A stretch of 21,858 nt of DNA from Candidatus Nanopusillus sp. Its GTDB lineage: Archaea > Nanobdellota > Nanobdellia > Nanobdellales > Nanobdellaceae. Location of the stretch: positions 1 through 21,858 of the forward strand of contig JBMSAQ010000010.1 in NCBI GenBank assembly GCA_049414405.1, given 5' to 3'. The position numbers and the translations under genes are program-made. A model generated the notes under the pieces. The model was not told the origin of the DNA, made no database searches, and saw only the letters and a list, made by a program, of their open reading frames with translations. Within the stretch, counting starts at the first letter, position 1; each line of letters begins with the position of its first letter. Below, piece by piece: positions 8,753 through 15,836 of the stretch.

Positions 8753-9055
8753 TTAAAATATTTCTTGGTCTAATAGTATTTTGTATCTTAGTACATCTTG
8801 GGTAATTAATATAATACTATTATGTAAAATTTTTTGTATATCCAATATTTTGATAAATATTTTATACTCATCTTCTCTTAATAAAGGTCTTTCCATTTCT
8901 TTACTATTAAATTCTTCTAGTTCTTCCACCAATGCTTCTAATTCATTGATACTATTTTTTAATCTATTAATATGTCTTTTAATATCCTTAATGATTTTTA
9001 ATTCTTCTTCGTTTAATCTCTTATCATGATCTATTGCATCTTTTTTAGGATCCAT
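8753..9055 (-). CDS. Hypothetical small coiled-coil protein
   Basis: 100-aa ORF with heptad-like charged segments (LNEEELKIIKDIKRHINRLKNSINELEALVEELEE). Zero-nt gap to the downstream HAD gene. No family recognised. Confidence 0.5.
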   Translation of the reverse strand: MDPKKDAIDHDKRLNEEELKIIKDIKRHINRLKNSINELEALVEELEEFNSKEMERPLLREDEYKIFIKILDIQKILHNSIILITQDVLRYKILLDQEIF

Positions 9056-9078
9056 AAAAAATAAAAAACTATTGGAAT

Positions 9079-9387
9079 TTATAAGTTTACTTCTATTTTT
9101 TCATTATATTCTCTTTCAATATTCCAGATCTTAATATCTTTTGTATACATCTTCTTTGGTTCTTTAGTACTATCGTCTAGCACAATTATAATTGTACCTG
9201 TTATTAATTTTCCGGTTCCGATTGATTCTTCTATTTTAAATCCAAGCCTTTGTATCAATTTTGTTATATCTTTCTTATATTTATCTATTATCTCTCTATT
9301 ATTTGCTGCTATTGCTCCATATACATTTGTAATAAAACTTCTACCTGTAGGATTTACTGGCCTTAACAATTCTATAGATATTTCCAT
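9079..9387 (-). CDS. Hypothetical protein (102 aa)
   Basis: First gene of the co-directional minus-strand array 9387->3674. Composition is not low-complexity. No recognisable motifs. Confidence 0.5.
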   Translation of the reverse strand: MEISIELLRPVNPTGRSFITNVYGAIAANNREIIDKYKKDITKLIQRLGFKIEESIGTGKLITGTIIIVLDDSTKEPKKMYTKDIKIWNIEREYNEKIEVNL

Positions 9388-9435
9388 TATGAATAGTTAT
9401 ATTAAATATATAAAAGTTTTCTTTATAGATTATCA

Positions 9436-10107
9436 ATGAAATTTTTGGTAACTTCAGATCTCCATCTACCAACATATTATAAAGAATTTTATGAGAGTTT
9501 AAATAATATCAATGAAAAAATAGACTTTGTTATATTATGTGGAGATATAATTGATAATAAAGAACATATTTATATAAAAAAACTATATTATTTATTAAGT
9601 AAAAAATTTGGAAATGTAAAAATATTTTCAACTTTTGGTAATAATGAAGCATCATTTTTATTAAATGGAGAAAAAGAAAAAGATTTCTATAGAAAAGAAT
9701 ACAATTTTATTAATTGGTTAGATTATGAATATTATAATTTAGGAGAATATTATTTATTAGGATTTGAAGGCTTTTCAGAAAGAACATGGAAAATGGTAAA
9801 TATTGAAAATATAAAAGAATATTATTCTAAGAAATTGGAAAATATATTTAATAGTTTAAATAATAAAATAATAGTTTTTTCTCATTATGGCTTATCAAGA
9901 GATACTGTTTTTGGAGATCCTGCGCCAGAATGGTCATTATATTCAAAATATATAGAGAATTTAATTAAAAAATATTCTAATAAAATTATTTATGGATTTC
10001 ATGGACATGCTCATCATTCAAAAAATTATAAAACAAAAATAAATGATACTGAAATATATAATGTTGCATTTTCATTACATAGAAAACCCCTAATCTTTGA
10101 AATATAA
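9436..10107 (+). CDS. Calcineurin-like metallophosphoesterase
   Basis: Ordered motifs LVTSDLHLP (DxH), LCGDIIDN (GDxxD), FGNNE (GNH[DE] variant), VFSHYG, GFHGHAHHS (GHxH). Confidence 0.8.
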   Translation: MKFLVTSDLHLPTYYKEFYESLNNINEKIDFVILCGDIIDNKEHIYIKKLYYLLSKKFGNVKIFSTFGNNEASFLLNGEKEKDFYRKEYNFINWLDYEYYNLGEYYLLGFEGFSERTWKMVNIENIKEYYSKKLENIFNSLNNKIIVFSHYGLSRDTVFGDPAPEWSLYSKYIENLIKKYSNKIIYGFHGHAHHSKNYKTKINDTEIYNVAFSLHRKPLIFEI

Positions 10108-10350
10108 TTATTTATTCTGTTATTAAGATATAATATTTTTTGAGATTATTATTTTAATATTGATGTTTTATATTTTTAATTTTAATAGTTGGTATCACCT
10201 TCTGCAGGAATATTTGTAGTTATAACAAATTAAGAAATATTCTAATACGTTGAAAGTTTTAAGTAATTTTTATAAACTTCTATATTAATTAGAAAAACGA
10301 AAAGTTTTATTATATTTATGTTAAAATATATATTGTAGATTATTTATAAA

Positions 10351-10451
10351 TGCCGCCGCAGGGATTTGAACCCCGGACCTCCTGGTTTCTCACAAACTCA
10401 TCGATTTTGTTGGTTATGAGCCAGGCGCTCTAACCCCTGAGCTACGGCGGC
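10351..10451 (-). tRNA. Elongator-type tRNA with CAT anticodon (Met, or Ile2 if C34 is modified), with a 28-nt intron at the canonical 37/38 site
   Basis: Reverse complement is GCCGCCG TA GCTC AGGGGTTA GAGC G CCTGG CTCATA[intron ~10387..10414]A CCAGG AGGTC CGGGG TTCAAAT CCCTG CGGCGGC A. The intron contains ATGAG, complementary to the CTCAT of the anticodon loop, as expected for a bulge-helix-bulge substrate. Confidence 0.9.
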
Positions 10452-10504
10452 TTAATAAATTCCTTATTTTTAATTTTATAAGATTATTTACAATTTTAAA
10501 TTTA

Positions 10505-10900
10505 ATGGTTGAAAAGGAGAGATGGGGCATTGCATATATATATTCAAGTAAAAATAATACCATAATTCATATTACAGATATAACCGGTAGTGAAACAATT
10601 GCATTTAGTTCTGGCGGTAGGGTTGTTTTAGCTCAAAGATTAAAAGGTACTCCAACTGCTGCAATTTTGGCTGCGAAACAGGCTGCTCAAAAAGCTTTAG
10701 AAAAGGGTATAACTGCCGTTCATATTAGGGTAAGAGCACCTGGTGGACATAATGGTCCCTGGGTTCCTACACCATCTGCACAATTTGCAATTAAAACATT
10801 AATTACTTCGGGATTAAAGGTCGGGGTTATAGAAGATGTAACCCCGATTCCTCACGATCATTGTAGAAGAAAGGGGGGAAAAAGAGGAAGAAGATTATAA
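10505..10900 (+). CDS. rps11: 30S ribosomal protein uS11 (S11P)
   Basis: [27 protein letters not shown]...[14 protein letters not shown]...[14 protein letters not shown]...[23 protein letters not shown] matches the uS11 family end to end. Confidence 0.95.
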   Translation: MVEKERWGIAYIYSSKNNTIIHITDITGSETIAFSSGGRVVLAQRLKGTPTAAILAAKQAAQKALEKGITAVHIRVRAPGGHNGPWVPTPSAQFAIKTLITSGLKVGVIEDVTPIPHDHCRRKGGKRGRRL

Positions 10901-10906
10901 TTTTTT
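10901..10906 (+). terminator. T6 tract directly after the rps11 stop (putative terminator)
   Basis: TAA TTTTTT. Weak evidence in AT-rich DNA. Confidence 0.3.
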
Positions 10907-10962
10907 ATAGAATTTTCCTTAATATCTTCTTAATCAATCTTTTTATCACATATAAATAAAAT

Positions 10963-12036
10963 CTAATTCTTTTCATTTGTTTTTTCCTCTAAAAATCTTA
11001 TTAAATTTTCTATATCTTTTTCATATACTAACCCACCAGCTGCCTTTGGATGACCTCCACCAGTTATCCCATATTCTTTTGTAAATTCTCGCATTAATAT
11101 TCCTAAATCATATTTTCCAGATTGATTCCTTAAGGATATACTATATCTCCTATATTTTCCTTTAAATAATCTTTCAAATAATTTTTCCTTTAAAGATAAT
11201 ACTAATATTATTTTTTCAGGATAAAATGATGATAGAATTGTAGATATAACTGAAGATTTCTTTGCTTTAAATACTAACAATTTTTCAGATTCATATATTT
11301 TTTTAGCACTTTTTAATCTATCATAGTATTTTATTGCCAAATTCTTTAATTTCTTTAAGTCGAAATCTTTTATAAATTCTTCTATATTTAATGCTTTATC
11401 AATATTTTTTGATATTTTATATGGATCAGATATTAAAAATAGATAAAAATATATTATATATGGAACATAAAAGTATTTGCCATTATAAAATCCATTGTAA
11501 TTTTTCAATAAATCATCTAATAATTCGTTATCATTTTCCAACATAAAATCTCCTATAGCTCCAATAGATGCTAATAATGAATATTTTGAAAATTCTTCAC
11601 CGAACAAAGTTTTTCCAATTCTATATACGATACTTGTTGTACATATTTCCAAATTAAATAATGCTCTTACATCAAAATATACTAAATTATTTGGTAAAAA
11701 TTTTGGAATCTTTCTTTTATGATGATCTATATATATTATCTTTATCTTTTCATGCCTTTTAGAAAAATTAATTAAATATTTGTCATCCATTGGTGTGTCT
11801 AGAAATATCATTGTATTTATTGTTTTCTTATTAAATATAATCCCATCTAATATTCTTATTAGATCTAAATTATTTTCCCCAATAATTCTAAAATATTCTA
11901 TATATTTTTTATTTAATTTCTCCAATATTACTTTCATCAATCCCAACGACATTTTTCCGTCCAAATCGGAATCTGCTACTATTAATATTTCTTCATTTGA
12001 ATCTTTTATTTCTCTTGCTATATCTGAAAAATCCAT
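10963..12036 (-). CDS. RecJ-like DHH/DHHA1 phosphoesterase (nuclease), catalytic motifs intact
   Basis: ILIVADSDLDGKMS (compare RecJ GDxDxDG), IIYIDHHKR (DHH), GITGGGHPKAAGG (DHHA1 GGGH). Confidence 0.8.
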   Translation of the reverse strand: MDFSDIAREIKDSNEEILIVADSDLDGKMSLGLMKVILEKLNKKYIEYFRIIGENNLDLIRILDGIIFNKKTINTMIFLDTPMDDKYLINFSKRHEKIKIIYIDHHKRKIPKFLPNNLVYFDVRALFNLEICTTSIVYRIGKTLFGEEFSKYSLLASIGAIGDFMLENDNELLDDLLKNYNGFYNGKYFYVPYIIYFYLFLISDPYKISKNIDKALNIEEFIKDFDLKKLKNLAIKYYDRLKSAKKIYESEKLLVFKAKKSSVISTILSSFYPEKIILVLSLKEKLFERLFKGKYRRYSISLRNQSGKYDLGILMREFTKEYGITGGGHPKAAGGLVYEKDIENLIRFLEEKTNEKN

Positions 12037-12074
12037 TTAATATTGAAATACAAAATAATATTTAAAAATATGGA

Positions 12075-12146
12075 GCCCCGATAGCTCAGCGGTAGAGCGG
12101 TGGACTCGTAATCCACAGGTCCCGGGTTCAAATCCCGGTCGGGGCT
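12075..12146 (+). tRNA. tRNA-Thr (CGT)
   Basis: GCCCCGA TA GCTC AGCGGTA GAGC G GTGGA CTCGTAA TCCAC AGGTC CCGGG TTCAAAT CCCGG TCGGGGC T. 72 nt, U73 discriminator. Confidence 0.95.
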
Positions 12147-12798
12147 ATCTTCGATATCTATAATAGTTTTCATAATAGTTTCCATAATTATATCCGTAAT
12201 AATTATAATAATTACTGTAATTTTGTTGACTATATTGCAAATTACTTTCAGCAAAGTTATCTGTATTTTCTTCAATATTATTTTCTTTAAATTTTTTTTC
12301 TTCTTCGTCGACGAATTTGGGCACTAATTTATCTATTACATATATAGTGAAATATATCAATGGATAAAAAATTATTACTGCAAGAAAATTTATATAAGTA
12401 AATTCTATTATTCCGTATATAAACGGTGTAAACATAATCTGAAAATATGCAAAAAACCCAGTCTTTCCTAATATTTTTGCAATCTTCTTTCTTTTTAGGG
12501 ATGCTATCAATATGAAGATAGACAATGATAGGAAAAATATTGTTAAAATTAACTTATTATAATTATCAAATTCATTATGCAAATATATATATCTTAACCA
12601 ATCTATAGAAACCCATGAAAATATAATACTATTTGCTAATGAGTTTCCATACGTAAATTTTATTCTTTCTTCAAGCAATTCTAGCGAAAACCATACTATA
12701 TAAACTGGATATGTAATCCATACAATTTTTTCATTTGTTAGTGTAGACAAAAATATTGTTGAGAATGCTTGAAACAATGATATTATATCTATCGTCAT
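12145..12798 (-). CDS. Hypothetical multi-pass membrane protein with a Tyr/Asn/Gly-rich C-terminal tail
   Basis: Several hydrophobic helices, an acidic linker (VDEEEKKFKENNIEE), then QNYSNYYNYYGYNYGNYYENYYRYRR. The stop codon overlaps the tRNA-Thr 3' end by 2 nt. Confidence 0.6.
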   Translation of the reverse strand: MTIDIISLFQAFSTIFLSTLTNEKIVWITYPVYIVWFSLELLEERIKFTYGNSLANSIIFSWVSIDWLRYIYLHNEFDNYNKLILTIFFLSLSIFILIASLKRKKIAKILGKTGFFAYFQIMFTPFIYGIIEFTYINFLAVIIFYPLIYFTIYVIDKLVPKFVDEEEKKFKENNIEENTDNFAESNLQYSQQNYSNYYNYYGYNYGNYYENYYRYRR

Positions 12799-12869
12799 TA
12801 TAATTAAGTAGAATCTTTGAAATATTAAAATGTTAATTTTTTAAACATATATCCTACAAATAAAGAATT

Positions 12870-13481
12870 ATGGCTGTGGACATATTCTATATATTAATCT
12901 CAATATTTAATATATTAATATCTATATGGAATGCATACAATGCTGGGAAAGCATTGGAATATATTAAACTAAATAATATAGAAAGCGATTGGCCAAGAAT
13001 GGTTGCATATTCAGCATTAATATTGTCATTTGCAGGTGCAGCATATGGTAATGCAGCATTATTATCAGTTGGAGCGTATTATATGGGATATATTGATGCA
13101 TATACGTTATTAGGAGTTCTTTCATTTTCATTCTTAGTATTTGGATTCTTGATAATAGTGTTTGGAATAATTATAACTGCTAATAGTATAATGGTTGCAT
13201 CAAAAACAAAAAAGATCTTTGATATACTTATTGCAGTATTTAATAGTATTGCTACTATTTGGAATGTATATACCTATATACAAGGATTCTCTGCAGCACT
13301 TAGTGTATTAAAAGATCAGTTTGGCAGTGAAGATAGAAATTCTCAGACGGCACTTATCTTACTCATAATTGCTGCAGTATTAATTGCCATATTTATGGTA
13401 TATGGAGCATATAAATATGGTAGAGCTTCTGTATATAAAGTAGAAAGTGTATCTACACAACCTTCGCCAATTGAGGGTTAA
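12870..13481 (+). CDS. Hypothetical membrane protein with internal duplication
   Basis: Two related halves start FYILISIFNILISIWNAYNAGKAL and FDILIAVFNSIATIWNVYTYIQGFSAAL, each followed by TM helices. No known family recognised. Confidence 0.6.
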   Translation: MAVDIFYILISIFNILISIWNAYNAGKALEYIKLNNIESDWPRMVAYSALILSFAGAAYGNAALLSVGAYYMGYIDAYTLLGVLSFSFLVFGFLIIVFGIIITANSIMVASKTKKIFDILIAVFNSIATIWNVYTYIQGFSAALSVLKDQFGSEDRNSQTALILLIIAAVLIAIFMVYGAYKYGRASVYKVESVSTQPSPIEG

Positions 13482-14041
13482 TGAAACATTTACAATTTTT
13501 TGGAAAATATATAGACGATATAATAAGGGGAAAAAAGAATTTAACTATAAGATTATCAAAGGCAAATTTAAAGCCAGGGGATATTTTTATTTTACATGCT
13601 GGAGGAAAAGTAATTGGAAAATTTAGGGTAAAAAATATATATACAAAAAAGTTATATCAAATAACAGATGAAGAGGCAAAGAGAGATGGTTATAATAATA
13701 GGGAAGAATTGATAAATGATTTAAAAAAAATATATAAGAGGTTAGATTTAAATAGAGAAGTTGCGATTATAGAATTTGAACCTATAGAAATAATAAATAA
13801 TATATCTTCTGAAGAATTTGCTTGGAGTGGAAAAAAGGTTGATTTAATTGAATTAGCAAAATTAGTATTAAAATATGATGAAAAATTGAATGAAAAAGAG
13901 AGAAAAATATTAAATATATTAATTGAAAGTGGGAGTTTAAGAAAGGCTGCAATCAAATTAGGAGGATTAAATAAAAGATATATTATTAGGAAAATATTAA
14001 AAAAAGGATTTTATAGATTGAAAGAAAAAAATATTATATAA
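13481..14041 (+). CDS. ASCH (PUA-like) domain protein fused to a C-terminal helix-turn-helix
   Basis: The N-terminal ~100 aa fit the ASCH pattern (FFGKYIDDIIRGKKNLTIRL...KPGDIFILHAGGKVIGKFRV...ITDEEAKRDGYNNREELINDLKKIY...VAIIEFEP). The C-terminus (ERKILNILIESGSLRKAAIKLGGLNKRYIIRKILKKGFYRL) looks like a sigma-r4/LuxR-type HTH. Its ATG overlaps the upstream TAA (TAATG). Confidence 0.65.
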   Translation: MKHLQFFGKYIDDIIRGKKNLTIRLSKANLKPGDIFILHAGGKVIGKFRVKNIYTKKLYQITDEEAKRDGYNNREELINDLKKIYKRLDLNREVAIIEFEPIEIINNISSEEFAWSGKKVDLIELAKLVLKYDEKLNEKERKILNILIESGSLRKAAIKLGGLNKRYIIRKILKKGFYRLKEKNII

Positions 14042-15416
14042 GATTTTCTTGTCTTAAAGTTATTTTTAATTTTTTAATAAATTCTTCATAATTATTTATA
14101 TCTAATAAAAAACCTCCAAAATTATCAAAACTAGAATAATAAATTAAATTATTATCAAATAGTTTCTTTAGTATATTATTTATTAATTTTTTATTTTCTT
14201 CTTTAGTTGTTTTGATAATTCCTCTATAGAAATTATCTGCTTTATATAGTAAAATAATAACCTTTCCATTTACTATATTTTCTTTAATTAAAAGATTTAA
14301 TAAGATTGGTAAAAAATATCCATTTCCATAATTTTTTTCAATTGTTAATATTTTTAACCCATTTTCATCTTTTATTTGTATGTTATTATTTATTGTATCG
14401 TATAATAATTTTGAAAATTGAAATCTTAAATTATTTTCAGATTCCTTTAAAATATCAATATTATACTTTCTAATGAAATATAATATACCTTCTCTTTTAT
14501 TGTTCTCGAGTAATCCCTCAATATTATATAATAATTCTAATAAATCTCCGATTTCATCACCCTTATTAATTTTGTATATTTCACCTATTAAATCATCTGT
14601 TCTCTGTAAATTATATTTTAATTTTAATTTTATTATACTACTAACTAGCTTTTTAATATTCTCTTCAGACAAGTCTTTATAAAATATACCAGCAGTGCCT
14701 CTATCCTTTATATTTAATTCTTTTATTAATTCCAGAGCCTTTTCATCACTCCCAGTAATATTTGGGATATAAAAATTAAATGGTAGACTTAATACTTTAT
14801 ATAAAGGTTTTGTAAATATACCAGGAAGATTTATTCCAGTATATTTTGATAATATTTCTCTATCAATTAGTTCATTTAAAATTTCATTATTCGGCTTATC
14901 GAAATCATATAAATTTCCAACTAATGATAAGTATAGAATATTTTTATCATATGGATTTAGGTTTCTATATAAATAGTATAAAATATTTGATGTGGATATT
15001 TCTTTGTAACCATCTAGATTAAAGATATTTGGATTGAGATTTACAACATTATTTAATTCAACATCTTTCATTGTTAAAAAATGATGATCTATTATATATA
15101 TCTTTTTATTTAAATCTTTATTTAATTTTATTACGTCATCAGAAAATATCGATCCAATATCCAAAAATATTATATTGTCATATTCATATCCACTTTCACC
15201 CAAAAATAAATTATTAATTTCCTTTTTGCCTATATAATCTAGAAATGTTAAATGAACTTCTGAATTTTTTTCATATAAGTATTTTAATAAAAATATTGAA
15301 GAAGATAGACCATCAGGATTCAATGAAGATATAATCAAAAAATTTTGATTATTTTCTACTGCTTTACTTATTCTACTAGATATCTCTTCTATATAAGATA
15401 AAAATCTATTGTTCAT
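14034..15416 (-). CDS. RecJ/Cdc45-like DHH-family protein with degenerate catalytic motifs
   Basis: FLIISSLNPDGLSS occupies the position of the RecJ GDxDxDG motif, with the acidic residues replaced by S and N. IYIIDHHF retains DHH. The C-terminal FDNFGGFLLD replaces GGGH. Its start overlaps the rps15 stop by 4 nt (ATGA). Confidence 0.7.
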   Translation of the reverse strand: MNNRFLSYIEEISSRISKAVENNQNFLIISSLNPDGLSSSIFLLKYLYEKNSEVHLTFLDYIGKKEINNLFLGESGYEYDNIIFLDIGSIFSDDVIKLNKDLNKKIYIIDHHFLTMKDVELNNVVNLNPNIFNLDGYKEISTSNILYYLYRNLNPYDKNILYLSLVGNLYDFDKPNNEILNELIDREILSKYTGINLPGIFTKPLYKVLSLPFNFYIPNITGSDEKALELIKELNIKDRGTAGIFYKDLSEENIKKLVSSIIKLKLKYNLQRTDDLIGEIYKINKGDEIGDLLELLYNIEGLLENNKREGILYFIRKYNIDILKESENNLRFQFSKLLYDTINNNIQIKDENGLKILTIEKNYGNGYFLPILLNLLIKENIVNGKVIILLYKADNFYRGIIKTTKEENKKLINNILKKLFDNNLIYYSSFDNFGGFLLDINNYEEFIKKLKITLRQENLI

Positions 15417-15805
15417 GAATAACCATACATTTTTGCTATATCTCTACTATATTCAAAGGTTTGTGGTAATTTTTTATTTTTCTTATAATATTTTATTAAA
15501 CTTTTTACTCTATTTTCCAATTCTTCTAGTTTTTTCTTTGTTACGATATCTTTCTTATTTAGTTCTAAATGTTTTAACATCCTATTTATTTTCTTAAATA
15601 AATATAATAAATCTTCCGGTATTTCTTGTTTTAAATTTAATTCTTTTATTGCATATCTTACTAGTTTTTTATTTAGTACATCTTTAACTCTTATATTATA
15701 TTTTTCCTTTAATTCTCTTCCAATTTGTGATGGTGTATAACCCTTATTCCATAATTCTTTTATTATATCATTAATTTGTTCTTTTGATATTTGAATATTT
15801 TCCAT
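15413..15805 (-). CDS. rps15: 30S ribosomal protein uS15 (S15P/S13e), lacking the usual basic N-terminal extension
   Basis: GYTPSQIGRELKEKYNI..VKDVLNKKL...EIPEDLLYLFKKINRMLKHLELNKKD...LEELENRVKSLIKYYKKNKKLPQTFEYS matches archaeal uS15. An in-frame TAA three codons upstream of the ATG rules out a longer N-terminus. Confidence 0.9.
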   Translation of the reverse strand: MENIQISKEQINDIIKELWNKGYTPSQIGRELKEKYNIRVKDVLNKKLVRYAIKELNLKQEIPEDLLYLFKKINRMLKHLELNKKDIVTKKKLEELENRVKSLIKYYKKNKKLPQTFEYSRDIAKMYGYS

Positions 15806-15836
15806 AATTGTTTAAATGATAAAAATATTGAAAAAA

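Noticed and set aside
8781-9029. 82-aa + strand ORF
   Set aside because: Antisense shadow of the 8753-9055 ORF with an S/L/I low-complexity translation. The minus-strand ORF fits the co-directional operon, although neither ORF has a known family.
10206-10243. Imperfect inverted repeat (AGGAATATTT ... AAATATTCT) as a structured RNA or terminator hairpin
   Set aside because: The stem is all A/T apart from two G:C pairs, has a bulge and encloses a 19-nt loop. Such pairings are expected by chance at this base composition.
10351-10451. CAT tRNA as the initiator tRNA
   Set aside because: It lacks the archaeal initiator hallmarks (an A1:U72 end and three consecutive G:C pairs closing the anticodon stem). 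It has G1:C72 and a CCUGG/CCAGG stem instead.
11780-12040. 86-aa + strand ORF
   Set aside because: Antisense to the N-terminal DHH-motif region of the RecJ-like gene.
12018-12275. 85-aa - strand ORF
   Set aside because: It runs straight through tRNA-Thr (12075-12146) and overlaps the start of the RecJ-like gene. Part of its translation (DRDLNPGPVDYESTALPLSYRG) is simply the tRNA read as protein.
13690-13956. 88-aa - strand ORF
   Set aside because: Antisense shadow within the ASCH-HTH gene.
14473-14682. 69-aa + strand ORF
   Set aside because: Antisense shadow within the RecJ/Cdc45-like gene.
15409-15597. 62-aa + strand ORF
   Set aside because: Antisense to rps15, whose identity is unambiguous.
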